Positions 8,176 through 17,307 of a stretch of DNA of 64,000 nt are shown piece after piece. Source of the stretch: an uncultured delta proteobacterium (lineage in GTDB: Bacteria > Myxococcota_A > Polyangia > Fen-1088); assembly GCA_963737265.1 (NCBI GenBank), contig CAVTRY010000023.1, positions 64,001 to 128,000 on the forward strand, written 5' to 3'. Under the pieces are notes generated by a model, which ran no database searches, was not told where the DNA came from, and saw nothing but the letters and a program-made list of their open reading frames with translations. Position 1 is the first letter of the stretch; each line of letters begins with the position of its first letter. Both the position numbers and the translations under genes were made by a program.

Positions 8176-9891
8176 ATGGCCAGCCTTCAGCGAGTCCACG
8201 TTCGCGGCTACACCTACTGGCGCATCGTCGAATCCCGCCGTGTGAATGGCAAGCCACGCCTTTCCGTGGTTGCCCACCTCGGCAAGGCCGATGATTTGCT
8301 GGTTCGTCTTCGGGCCGCCGACTCCCTTCGCCTCAAGTCCCTATCCCATGGCGCCGTGGCGGCTATCCTCACCGTCGCCCGCGAGCTCAACGTTGCCGGC
8401 ACCATTGATCGTCACCTGACCGGCAGCGGCCGCCGAGACCGACATGCCTCTCGCCATCTGCCTGACCCACGTCGCCGCCCCGAACGCCACGATGGTCTCA
8501 GCGCTGGTCAGACCTTCGAGTTAGGCTGTGTCGGCAGGGCTTGCCATGCCACGGGCAAGCGCGCTTTTGCCGAGTGGGCACGTTCGACGACTCTGGGCGA
8601 ACTCGCCAACATAAATGTCGACCTGCTTTCCAGTCAGCACTTCTGGGATCAGATGGACCAAGTGCCAGTTGAGATTCTTGCATCGATAGAGAGCGAAATC
8701 GTCAGCCGCGCTTTGGAGCGCTTCGATCTCAAGCTCAACACAGTCCTCTACGACGCCACCAATTTCTTCACCTTCATCGATTCCACGAATACCCGCCCCA
8801 AGCTTCCCGCGCGAGGCCACAACAAACAGAAGCGACATGACTTGCGCCAGCTTGGCGTCGCACTCCTGTGCACTCGCGATGAGGGGGTGCCGCTTTTGCA
8901 CCGGACTTACGGAGGTGACGTCCACGATGCGCGATCATTTGCCGACCTCCTCCCGACGATTCGAGAGCGCCTCGTCGAGATCGGCCGAGACCTGCAGTCC
9001 CTAACCATGGTGTACGACAAGGGCAATGTCTCTCGCGCAAACCAGGAGCGCGTGGATGCATCGGCGATTCACTACGTCGCATCTCTCGCTGTCTCGAATC
9101 AACGCTCGCTCATCGCAGAAGCGAATTCGCACCTTGAGGCCATCAAGCTCAACGAGGAGGAATCCGTCCAGGCCTACCGCACCCGACGAAAGATATGGGG
9201 AGCTGAACGCACGGTGGTTGTCGTGGTATCCGAATCGTTTCGTGCTGGGCAGATGCGCGGTGTCCTCCAGCACATAGCATCCGCGCAGAAGTGGCTCAAC
9301 CATCTCGCCGACACGCTGGCGCGGGGCAAGCAACGACGCTCGCGCGAGGCCATTGAGCGCGACATCCAGACCCGACTGATGGGACGCCAGCACCTGCAAC
9401 AGGTCATCCGATGGGAGCTCACGGGAGACAAGCAGCTCTCGCTCAAGCACGAGGTCGCTGCCCAAGCGATTGACGATCTGTCACGCGACGTGCTCGGTCG
9501 GCTCGTTCTCATGACCGATAGAGACACCTGGTCCACCGAGAACGTCATCCGCGCCTACTGCGGTCAGGCCCACGTCGAGGCGGTCTTCGCTCATCTCAAA
9601 GATCCCATGCACGTGATGCTTCGGCCTCAGTACCACTGGACCGACCAGAAGCTCCAGGTTCACGTCTTCATGTGCATCGTCGCCTATCTGCTCACCCGAC
9701 TTCTCCATCTCCGCGCTCAGCGCGCAGGCTACCGTCACTGCCAAGAGGCCTTGCTCGACGGGCTTGCACAGATTAGGAAGGCAACCGTCATCCGTACTAC
9801 TTCCAAGAAGGCACTGCGCACCACCACGCAACTCGAGGACATTGCCCCAGAGCTCAAGGACCTCGTAGACCGACTCGGTGTCTCCCTCTGA
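8176..9891 (+). CDS. IS1634-family DDE transposase
   Basis: N-terminus YWRIVESRRVNGKPR..VAHLG; D (VLYDATN), D (VYDKGN), E (VEAVFAHLK); RPQYHWTDQKLQVHVFMC. Confidence 0.88.
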   Translation: MASLQRVHVRGYTYWRIVESRRVNGKPRLSVVAHLGKADDLLVRLRAADSLRLKSLSHGAVAAILTVARELNVAGTIDRHLTGSGRRDRHASRHLPDPRRRPERHDGLSAGQTFELGCVGRACHATGKRAFAEWARSTTLGELANINVDLLSSQHFWDQMDQVPVEILASIESEIVSRALERFDLKLNTVLYDATNFFTFIDSTNTRPKLPARGHNKQKRHDLRQLGVALLCTRDEGVPLLHRTYGGDVHDARSFADLLPTIRERLVEIGRDLQSLTMVYDKGNVSRANQERVDASAIHYVASLAVSNQRSLIAEANSHLEAIKLNEEESVQAYRTRRKIWGAERTVVVVVSESFRAGQMRGVLQHIASAQKWLNHLADTLARGKQRRSREAIERDIQTRLMGRQHLQQVIRWELTGDKQLSLKHEVAAQAIDDLSRDVLGRLVLMTDRDTWSTENVIRAYCGQAHVEAVFAHLKDPMHVMLRPQYHWTDQKLQVHVFMCIVAYLLTRLLHLRAQRAGYRHCQEALLDGLAQIRKATVIRTTSKKALRTTTQLEDIAPELKDLVDRLGVSL

Positions 9892-9905
9892 AAATTAGTA
9901 TATAC

Positions 9906-9947
9906 GTCCAACTACATAGAATTGTCTGCAATTCTATGTAGTTGGAC
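9906..9947. other. Perfect 19-bp stem hairpin inside the IS right end
   Basis: GTCCAACTACATAGAATTG-TCTG-CAATTCTATGTAGTTGGAC. Confidence 0.85.
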
Positions 9948-10048
9948 CTCGCTTCTCTCCTCGTCTGGTAAACTCACGCTAGTAGAACCAGACGAGAAGC
10001 CTCTGGGTGCTCTGTGACTCCGTGGTGTCTTCCCGGTGGAGATCAGCG

Positions 10049-11245
10049 TCAGACGCCTTCGCAGAGCAAGCTTGCCAAGGCCCGGGCGACATGGCCGAAG
10101 GCGATGCGCTCTTGCTCCAACCGCACGCGCACGCCGAGGCGGTCGAGTCGAATATCTTCGTAGACGCCGTTTTCATCCGGGGTGAGATGCGCCAGAGGAT
10201 GGTCGTACCTGTCCGGCTCCTCCACCCAAAGTGCCCGGTGGCCAAGCAAGGTCTCGCGGTCCATCAGAAAGGAACGCACGTAGGGGAGAATCGAGCGCAG
10301 GTTGTCCAGGATGGCAAATCCGTGCGTGTCGAGGTCACCCCAGTAAAAGATGGCTTTGTTCTGCAACCACGGGACGAGGCCCAATCGATCGATGCCGTAG
10401 CCCAGGCCAAACAGGATGATGCTTGCCTCGGCTGACGGGAAAGCGAGCCCATTGATTTCGTTTTCGGTGATGAAAACCCGGCGAATGGGTAGGTCGAGCC
10501 GGGCGAGCTGCTCGACCGGAGCAGTGATGTCGTCGAGCCCGTGGATGCGCAGCCGCTCGTCGAGCACGCGAAAACGCAGCAGGGCCGGCTTGCCGAGGAG
10601 GCCGTAGCGGCGTTCGAAGGCCTGGGCGCCCACGGCCAGCGGGTCGATGGCACCCGCCGGCAGGACAAGGTCGAGCAGCTCAATCAGCAGTCGACGATGG
10701 GTCTCGATGAACTTGGTGTGCACGCCGGCCACGTCGATTTGCCTCGCATAGACGGTGGGGCGCGGATGGGTGCGGAACCACGTGACCGCGGCAAGGACGC
10801 GTTGCCAATCGTCGGCATGTTCGAGCAGTTCGAGCGGCTGCCTCGCCACCCATTGCAGAAGCTCAGGGTGCGCGCCTCGGGTTGCCTCGACCAGTCGATC
10901 GAAGGAATCTGCCTGGCGACGTTTTCCGATCAGCGCAAGCGCATCCTCTTCGCTCGGCACCACCAGCGACTGCGGCACGCGGTTCGTACCGAGTTGGCGG
11001 TGATTGACCTCGGTGTAGACGACTTCGTAGCCCGCGCCCACGGCGCTCTTACTGCCTTCCTCCAGGGTGCGGATCCACGCCCGCGCGTCGGCAAAGCGGT
11101 CCGACAGCTCGCGCACTTGCGGCCGCTTCAAGCGTACTGCACAGGGAAACAGCGGTTCGCCGCCAAGCCGCGCCGCCAGGATATGGCCCCGATCCCACAG
11201 CCGCTGGATCTGCGCGCGGACGTCGTCGGGGGTGGTCCAGGCCAT
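10049..11245 (-). CDS. jetD: Wadjet JetD (DUF3322 + DUF2220 Toprim nuclease)
   Basis: MAWTTPDD, GVHTKFIE, FITENEIN, GLGY, YWGDLDTHGFAIL, RLEQERI; last gene of the operon. Confidence 0.9.
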   Translation of the reverse strand: MAWTTPDDVRAQIQRLWDRGHILAARLGGEPLFPCAVRLKRPQVRELSDRFADARAWIRTLEEGSKSAVGAGYEVVYTEVNHRQLGTNRVPQSLVVPSEEDALALIGKRRQADSFDRLVEATRGAHPELLQWVARQPLELLEHADDWQRVLAAVTWFRTHPRPTVYARQIDVAGVHTKFIETHRRLLIELLDLVLPAGAIDPLAVGAQAFERRYGLLGKPALLRFRVLDERLRIHGLDDITAPVEQLARLDLPIRRVFITENEINGLAFPSAEASIILFGLGYGIDRLGLVPWLQNKAIFYWGDLDTHGFAILDNLRSILPYVRSFLMDRETLLGHRALWVEEPDRYDHPLAHLTPDENGVYEDIRLDRLGVRVRLEQERIAFGHVARALASLLCEGV

Positions 11246-11253
11246 GGGCAGGT

Positions 11254-14200
11254 CTACGAGGCGCGGGCCGCGCGCTCTTTCCGGTACTCCTCGATGGTGA
11301 GATTGCGCAGCATGGACGAGCTTCCGTCTTCGGTGTGGACGAAGCCGACGCCGGCCACGTGGGGTTCGATGATGTGGATCTTCTGCAAGGGCGTGACGAT
11401 GAGGAGCTGGAGGTTCATGCGACCAAAGAGCTCGAGCGCGTAGCGGGCCGATTCGTCGGAGCCGCGCCCGAAGGCTTCATCGATGGCCACGAAACGGAAC
11501 GAGCGCGAGCGCTTCACGCCGCGTTCGAGGCCGAACTGGTAGGCCAGGCTCGCCGCTAGCACGGTGTACGCCAGCTTTTCCTTCTGGCCACCCGATTTAC
11601 CGCCCGAGTCGGTGTAGTGCTCGTGCTCGCGATCATCCTCGCGCCATCTTTCGGAAGCCGAGAAAGTGAACCAATTGCGGACATCGGTGACCCTGCGGGT
11701 CCAGCGCCGGTCGGCGTCGGTCGATCCTTCGCGACCGCGAAAGCGCTCGATGAGGCTCCTTACCTGCAGAAACTTGGCTTCGGAATAGACCGCATCCTCT
11801 GATCCGGTGAGCGCGCCTTCGGTGCAGGCGCGAAGATCTTGCTGAAAATCCCGGATGTCTGCGTCAGGGGTGGCCACGATTTCCAGGGTAATGTAGCGAT
11901 TGGGGTTGTAGTCGATGTCGCGCAGGGATCGGTTGATGGCCTCGATGCGCTCGCGAATGGTTTGGCGCTCGCGGTGCAGCTGCGACTGAAAATTGGCCAC
12001 CTCGCGGATGGCGTTTTCGTTGAGCAGCTCTTTGAACTTGGTCTCGAAGCGTGGCAGGTCGTCTTGCTCCAGCCGCCGCAGCATCTCGCCGAACTCGCCC
12101 GCGGCATCGATACGTGCGTCGATTTCCTGCGTCTCGATGGGGTAGTCCTTGCGATACGCCTCCATCGCTTTGACGATTTTCTCCTCCAAGCGGCGCAGGC
12201 GCTGGTCGAAGGAATCGATTTCCTTTTGCAGCCAGTCGCGCATGTCCTTCTCGCGCGTGTCGCACGACTCGACGGTCAAGACGTGGGGGCCGAGTGCCTC
12301 GTCCCGCATCTCCTCCAGGCGGGGGAAGTCACGCGCCTTCACCTCGACTGGCGTAGCGTCAAGCAGTTGCAAGCATGCTTGGCGCTGCTGCGTAGCCTGA
12401 TCGTATTTGAGCCCGGTCGTGGCAAGCTCGCGGTTCTCCTTGTCGAGCGCATCCTCGGTGGCACGCATGCGCGCCTCCAGGTCCGCCAGTTGTTCTTCCA
12501 AGGTGCGCAGGATGTCCGAGGCCTCCTCCAGTTGGCGACGCTCGCTATCCAGGCGCTCGATCTCGCCGACAAGCGGCTTCCAATCGAGCTCGCGGAAGTC
12601 CTCGAACGCCGACAGTTGGTTTAAGTAGGCCGAGCGCTCCCTCAGCGCCCCCTGCTCTGCTTGCAGGCCCGCCAGGCGCGCAGCGATGTCCTGCATGCGC
12701 GCCTCCAGCGCCTCGCGTTCGGCTTCGAGAGCGGCAATCTTTTCCTCATTGGACCAACCGAGCACGTAGCGCGAGCGATCATCGAGACGATGGCGATCGT
12801 CCTTCTCGTGGCGTCCGCCGCTGGTCTTGATCTGTCCGGCTCGAGTGATGGCCTTCTTCTCGCGCCGAAATTGTTCGAGGGTGCCGCAACAGACGTGGTC
12901 AAAGCGGTGTGCAATCTCGGCTTCCAGCCATCCGTAGAAGGCAGAGTCGGACTTGAGCATGAGCTTGTGCAGGACCGCCGACGGAGAGCCCGCCATATCG
13001 GCCGTGCGATAGGCGAGCACGCGAAAGTAAACCAGCCGCTCGCCGAGGTGCGTGCGATCGACCCACTGAGCCACGCGGGCGTAGTCCGCATCCGGCACCA
13101 GCAGCGAAAGGCCGAAGTTGTACATCAGACGCTCGATGGCACCCTCCCAGTCGCGCTCTTCGGGCCGCACTTGGATCAGCTCGCCAACGAACGGCAGGTT
13201 TTCGTCATCGAGCCCCAGTGCCTGGCAAAGGCTGGTGCGGACGGCGAGGATACGCGAGGGGATGTTGGACCGGCGCGCACGCAACGAGATCAGCTCGTGC
13301 TCGGTTTCGCTGTGCTGTTCCTTGAGCCCGCGCAGGTCGACCGAAACCTCGGTCATATCGTTCTGCACTCGCACCTGACGCGCGGCCGATGCGCCGAGCT
13401 CCTCGGTCAACGCACGGCGGTTGGACTGGAATACGTCCTGATTTCCTGGCACAGGCAGGCGCACGGCAGTGGCCAATTGCGCGTATTGATCGGCGCGGCG
13501 AGAGCGCACGTCCTTGTCCGCCTGCTTCTGTGCGATTTCCGCTTTGATGCGTTCGATGCGGTCGCCACCGTGCTCCGCGATGGCGCGTTTCATGTCGTCG
13601 CGGGATGCTTGCTGCGCACGCTTTTCCTCGTTCCACACCCCGATGCGCGCTTCCAGTTTGGTGATCTCGCCTTGCAGATTGGCCAGCCGCTTTTCGAGCA
13701 GCATCGCCTTGTGCTGGGCGAAGTGCGCGTGCAAGGCATTGCGGCAGTCGCGCAGGGATTGCACTTCGGCCGACAAGGCAGCCTGTTGTTGGCAATCGGC
13801 GATGATGGGCGCGAGTCGCGCGATCTGCGCCTTGGCCTTGAGGACTGCCTCGTGGGCGCGGTTGAGGTCGTCGAAGTGATGCACCAGCGCTTCGATGCGC
13901 TCGTCGACCGGAAACGCCTCGAGCATGTGTTGGCGGACAAAGTCGGTCAGGTTGCCGACCGACTTCATCGACACGGTCTGGTGGAAGAGATCCAGCGCCT
14001 GGTCGTTCTCGATGCCGAAACGCCGGCGAAACCCCGCTGCGTAGGGTGGAAAACTGTCAAAAAGCTCGGTCTTCGGCAGACGGCGCAGGCGTTTCCGCAG
14101 ATCGCCGATGTCGCTGCCGAAGTTGGCAAAGTCCCGAGCGATCGAAAGCTCGGTATCGGACAAGACGAAGAGGCGGGTCGGTTGGCCCTCGGCATCCTTG

Positions 14201-14634
14201 AGCCAGAACACCTGGGCCAGCGTTACGGTTTGGTCGTAACCTTCGTTGAAAAAGCGAGCCAGCAGCACCGAGTAGGTGTTGCCGTCGCGCAAGGAAACCG
14301 GCCGTGCGGAGAGACCCACGTCCCCCCGTTCGGTCTTGTAATGGCCAAGAACGTACGACCGCAACGTGCGCTCGCGCGTCTCGGCCCCGGCGGCTTTGTT
14401 GTAGGCGACCTTCTGCGGCGGCACGAGCAAGGTCGTGATCGCGTCGATCAGGGTCGACTTGCCCGACCCGATATCGCCGGTGAGAAGCACGTTCTCACCA
14501 CCCGGGACCAGGCTCCAGACATGCTGGTGAAAGGTGCCCCAGTTGAAGATTTCAAGCCGGTGCAGGCGAAAACCCGCGCGCTCGTCGGATGCGGCGAAGT
14601 CGAGCGGACCCTGAAGCGCTTGCTCGTTGCTCAC
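11254..14634 (-). CDS. jetC: Wadjet JetC, SMC/MukB-like ATPase
   Basis: LEIFNWGTF, Walker A GDIGSGKST, long coiled coil, signature KSGGQKEKL, Walker B VAIDEAF; GTG start overlaps the jetB stop (GTGA). Confidence 0.92.
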   Translation of the reverse strand: MSNEQALQGPLDFAASDERAGFRLHRLEIFNWGTFHQHVWSLVPGGENVLLTGDIGSGKSTLIDAITTLLVPPQKVAYNKAAGAETRERTLRSYVLGHYKTERGDVGLSARPVSLRDGNTYSVLLARFFNEGYDQTVTLAQVFWLKDAEGQPTRLFVLSDTELSIARDFANFGSDIGDLRKRLRRLPKTELFDSFPPYAAGFRRRFGIENDQALDLFHQTVSMKSVGNLTDFVRQHMLEAFPVDERIEALVHHFDDLNRAHEAVLKAKAQIARLAPIIADCQQQAALSAEVQSLRDCRNALHAHFAQHKAMLLEKRLANLQGEITKLEARIGVWNEEKRAQQASRDDMKRAIAEHGGDRIERIKAEIAQKQADKDVRSRRADQYAQLATAVRLPVPGNQDVFQSNRRALTEELGASAARQVRVQNDMTEVSVDLRGLKEQHSETEHELISLRARRSNIPSRILAVRTSLCQALGLDDENLPFVGELIQVRPEERDWEGAIERLMYNFGLSLLVPDADYARVAQWVDRTHLGERLVYFRVLAYRTADMAGSPSAVLHKLMLKSDSAFYGWLEAEIAHRFDHVCCGTLEQFRREKKAITRAGQIKTSGGRHEKDDRHRLDDRSRYVLGWSNEEKIAALEAEREALEARMQDIAARLAGLQAEQGALRERSAYLNQLSAFEDFRELDWKPLVGEIERLDSERRQLEEASDILRTLEEQLADLEARMRATEDALDKENRELATTGLKYDQATQQRQACLQLLDATPVEVKARDFPRLEEMRDEALGPHVLTVESCDTREKDMRDWLQKEIDSFDQRLRRLEEKIVKAMEAYRKDYPIETQEIDARIDAAGEFGEMLRRLEQDDLPRFETKFKELLNENAIREVANFQSQLHRERQTIRERIEAINRSLRDIDYNPNRYITLEIVATPDADIRDFQQDLRACTEGALTGSEDAVYSEAKFLQVRSLIERFRGREGSTDADRRWTRRVTDVRNWFTFSASERWREDDREHEHYTDSGGKSGGQKEKLAYTVLAASLAYQFGLERGVKRSRSFRFVAIDEAFGRGSDESARYALELFGRMNLQLLIVTPLQKIHIIEPHVAGVGFVHTEDGSSSMLRNLTIEEYRKERAARAS

Positions 14635-15257
14635 GACTCCGATTCCTGTTTGTCGGCCGCGGCGGCCGCCATCTGACCGGCGTACTCGGCCAACCGCCGA
14701 TCGAAATCGCCGAGCCATTGCGCATCGACGAAGGCCTTGAGAATGCGCTGCACCTCGAACTGGTCATCTTTGCCACGCAGCCGGCGCAGAAAGCCCATCT
14801 CGACGATCTTGTTCAGGTGCGCGTCCAGCCGGTCCATCAGCCGGGCTTCGTTGGCGGTCTCGGGCAGGAGAATTCTCACCATGTCCACGATCTGTTCGCG
14901 GCCCAGGATGATGCGCGTGCCCTCGCCCTGGGCGTCGAGCTCGACCATCTTCTTACGTAGGAGCACGAGAAGAAGACTCACTTGATAGCCAAGCGGCCGG
15001 CGCGCCACCAGGCGCGGAAGCTCGGGCTCGCCCGTCGAGGCAACGCGCTGGCGCAGATACGCGTAGCCTTCGGCCTCGTCCACCATCAGCTCCAAGCCAA
15101 GCGGTGCCACGTGGTCGCGCACGCGAGGCTGAAGGTCGATGAGCGCCTGCCACTGCTTGGCATCGGTCTCGGCATGCAGGACGCCCTTCATGAGCGAGAT
15201 CAACACCAGCGAAAACGCGTTCCGCCCCACCACCTCGTCGGGATGTGTTTCTGTCAT
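14631..15257 (-). CDS. jetB: Wadjet JetB (DUF4194)
   Basis: LMKGVL..W..L, LGLELMVDEAEGYAYLRQ, PRLVARRPL..SLLLVLLRK, EVQRILKAFVDAQWL. Confidence 0.88.
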   Translation of the reverse strand: MTETHPDEVVGRNAFSLVLISLMKGVLHAETDAKQWQALIDLQPRVRDHVAPLGLELMVDEAEGYAYLRQRVASTGEPELPRLVARRPLGYQVSLLLVLLRKKMVELDAQGEGTRIILGREQIVDMVRILLPETANEARLMDRLDAHLNKIVEMGFLRRLRGKDDQFEVQRILKAFVDAQWLGDFDRRLAEYAGQMAAAAADKQESES

Positions 15258-15380
15258 GCCTGCTACCCACGCGCCAGCGTCGTGTGCTCGGCGAATCTAG
15301 GTCCGACCGACGCGCGAGGCAAGGGTGGAAGGTGCCACGCCGCGCGGAAAATGGGGGGTCGGCATCGCAAGTGCGACCGG

Positions 15381-15460
15381 ATCATCAGCATACAGGCGCC
15401 AGTCCCGCGCGCTAGGCGACATCGACCGCCTCGCGCTCCACCACCGGGCGCATCCGCATG
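15381..15460 (-). pseudogene. Relic of an MNT-HEPN (MntA/HepT, DUF86) toxin-antitoxin gene junction
   Basis: ..RMRPVVEREAVDVA* overlapping MSPSARDWRLYADD.., resembling an MNT C-terminus and a DUF86 N-terminus. Confidence 0.5.
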
Positions 15461-15479
15461 GCTTCGAGTATACCGCGAG

Positions 15480-16916
15480 TCATCGGCAGTAAACCACCAG
15501 GGGAATGGTCGCCTGGCGCGGACTTCCCGACGGGTCGAGCCACGAGATGGTCTGCTTCTGTTCATCGTCGATGTGAGCGCGACGATCATCGGCCGCCAGG
15601 CTGAGGTAGGCCACGAGCTCTGCCAGACCGCGCGCCAGCGGTCGCAATTCGAGCAGCTCGGCAAGCGAAATCTGCGGCCGCAGCTGCAGAGAGCGGCGAA
15701 TGTGGCCAGCCAGCTCGGCCTTATCCACGTACACCTGCTCGTAAAGGACGTCGGTCGGAATGTCGCCCGAGCCCTCGACCAAGATCCGGTCGGCAATGGT
15801 GGGCTTCCAGGGTGGCGAGAACAGGGGCCGCTCCATGGGCAAATCGATTTGTGGGGCGGGCTCGTCAATCTCGACGAAGGCGCACGTCGGCATGTGGGTT
15901 CGGACGGACAGCGCGCACTGCTCGATGGTGTGGATGGTCTGCATGATCTGTCGGTTTTCGAGCCACGCTTTTTCGTCTAGGTAGCGGCGCAGTTGCTCGG
16001 ACAGGCGCGCCACGGTTCGCTGTGCGACTTCGCCGGCTTCGAGCCAGTCGTAGTGTATGCGAAGCAGGCGAGCGCTTGGTTCGAGCTGGCGCACGGCCGG
16101 CAGCTCATAGGCCGACTCAAGCAAAGAGGAGAGCTCTTCCTGCCGAGCTGGCGACATGAGAAAATCCCAGAAGGCGCGAAAGCTTCGGCCCTGGTCCGAG
16201 TCGCTGATGGCGTCGCGCTCGCCGAAGATCTCGTCGAGCAGCGCGCCCTTGTTGCCGTCCCAGGTGGCGATCTTCTCGCGAACCACTCGGTCGAGATCGC
16301 GAAAGCTCTGTTCGAGCTCGCGAAAATCCGCCAACAGCGCGTACGCCATGTCGGACATTTGCGCGAAGCGGTCCCGCACCTGGGCCGCGTCCATGAGATC
16401 GACGTGGCCTGCGCGGATACGTGCGAGCTCGGCGGCGATCTCACTCTCGCGCTTCTCCAGCTCTGCTATGCGAGCCTCGGGATCCGTTGTGGTGCCCTCC
16501 ACGATCTGTCGCAACAATTCGAAAACCGTGATGAGGCGCGACTCGGTGCCGACGAACTGGCGCTGGCGCAAGCTGGACAGCCAAGCAAGTGCCTTCTCGG
16601 ACGCAGGCGTCAGGTCGAAGTGCGGCTCGTCGCTGTCTTGCGGATAGTACTTGCGCAGCCAGCCGCGGTCTTCGGCGGCCCAGTCGTCGAGATACTCGCT
16701 CGCGCCGCGTGGAAAGGCGCTCTCGCCCAGCCGCTCGCGCAGATGAAACAGGTAATCGTCCAATTTCGCGACCAACTCTTGCTGCGAAATCGTCCGGACA
16801 TTGCGTTCGATGAAGCTGCGGTGGAGAAAACTGGCTACCAGCGGCGCACTATCCGCCACCAGCAGGCGCCAGCCGGGATGCTTCCTACGGAGCGTGTCGA
16901 GGGTTTGGAAATCCAT
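15480..16916 (-). CDS. jetA: Wadjet JetA (DUF3375)
   Basis: HPGWRLLVADSAPL, GWLRKYY, FVGTESRL, SDQGRSFRAFWDFLMS, GLAELVAYL. Confidence 0.9.
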   Translation of the reverse strand: MDFQTLDTLRRKHPGWRLLVADSAPLVASFLHRSFIERNVRTISQQELVAKLDDYLFHLRERLGESAFPRGASEYLDDWAAEDRGWLRKYYPQDSDEPHFDLTPASEKALAWLSSLRQRQFVGTESRLITVFELLRQIVEGTTTDPEARIAELEKRESEIAAELARIRAGHVDLMDAAQVRDRFAQMSDMAYALLADFRELEQSFRDLDRVVREKIATWDGNKGALLDEIFGERDAISDSDQGRSFRAFWDFLMSPARQEELSSLLESAYELPAVRQLEPSARLLRIHYDWLEAGEVAQRTVARLSEQLRRYLDEKAWLENRQIMQTIHTIEQCALSVRTHMPTCAFVEIDEPAPQIDLPMERPLFSPPWKPTIADRILVEGSGDIPTDVLYEQVYVDKAELAGHIRRSLQLRPQISLAELLELRPLARGLAELVAYLSLAADDRRAHIDDEQKQTISWLDPSGSPRQATIPLVVYCR

Positions 16917-17004
16917 TGCCCTTCAAGAGCTTTCTAACCGAATAGAGAGCTACAAGCATCCATCGGTATCGCCATAGGACGAGGGGTCGGGAAAACCAAG
17001 ACAA

Positions 17005-17030
17005 GAGAAAACCCATCGCTTTCGATGGCT
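17005..17030 (-). terminator. Rho-independent terminator after tRNA-Leu
   Basis: Minus strand CCATCG-AAAG-CGATGG followed by GTTTTCTCT. Confidence 0.7.
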
Positions 17031-17035
17031 TACAG

Positions 17036-17118
17036 TGCGGTCGGGGAGACTCGAACTCCCACAGCTATTAACCACCAGAACCTGAATCTGGCGCGTCTAC
17101 CAGTTCCGCCACGACCGC
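17036..17118 (-). tRNA. tRNA-Leu(CAG), CCA not encoded
   Basis: GCGGTCG acceptor stem, D-loop GGAACTGGTAGAC, anticodon arm CCAGA-TTCAGGT-TCTGG, long variable arm, GTTCGAGTC T-loop. Confidence 0.95.
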
Positions 17119-17307
17119 TTGCGAACGATTCCGACCCGGAGCGTTCTCGCGAGCTCTCCGAGTCAGGGGTGCTCTTGTAGCACAAGCGCCCGGCACGTCC
17201 AAGTGCTTCTGAGTTTCGCAGCACACCTCGTCCCACTTGGTTCCAATTTGGGGGTTCGGACAGCACCGGAAGATCGGGTGTAAGATTGCAGTCAGGTGGA
17301 CGTGCGA

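Larger units (their letters stand above)
7933..9978 (+). mobile_element. IS1634-family insertion sequence, 2046 bp, with CTAG target duplication
   Basis: Terminal inverted repeats CGTGAGTTTACC / GGTAAACTCACG, flanked by CTAG at 7929-7932 and 9979-9982; single DDE transposase inside. Confidence 0.85.

Noticed and set aside
12661-14676. 671-aa plus-strand ORF
   Set aside because: Antisense shadow of jetC, typical of high-GC codon bias, with no motifs.
7400-17036. attL/attR-bounded integrative element at tRNA-Leu(CAG)
   Set aside because: No duplicated tRNA 3' end and no integrase found by eye in the window.
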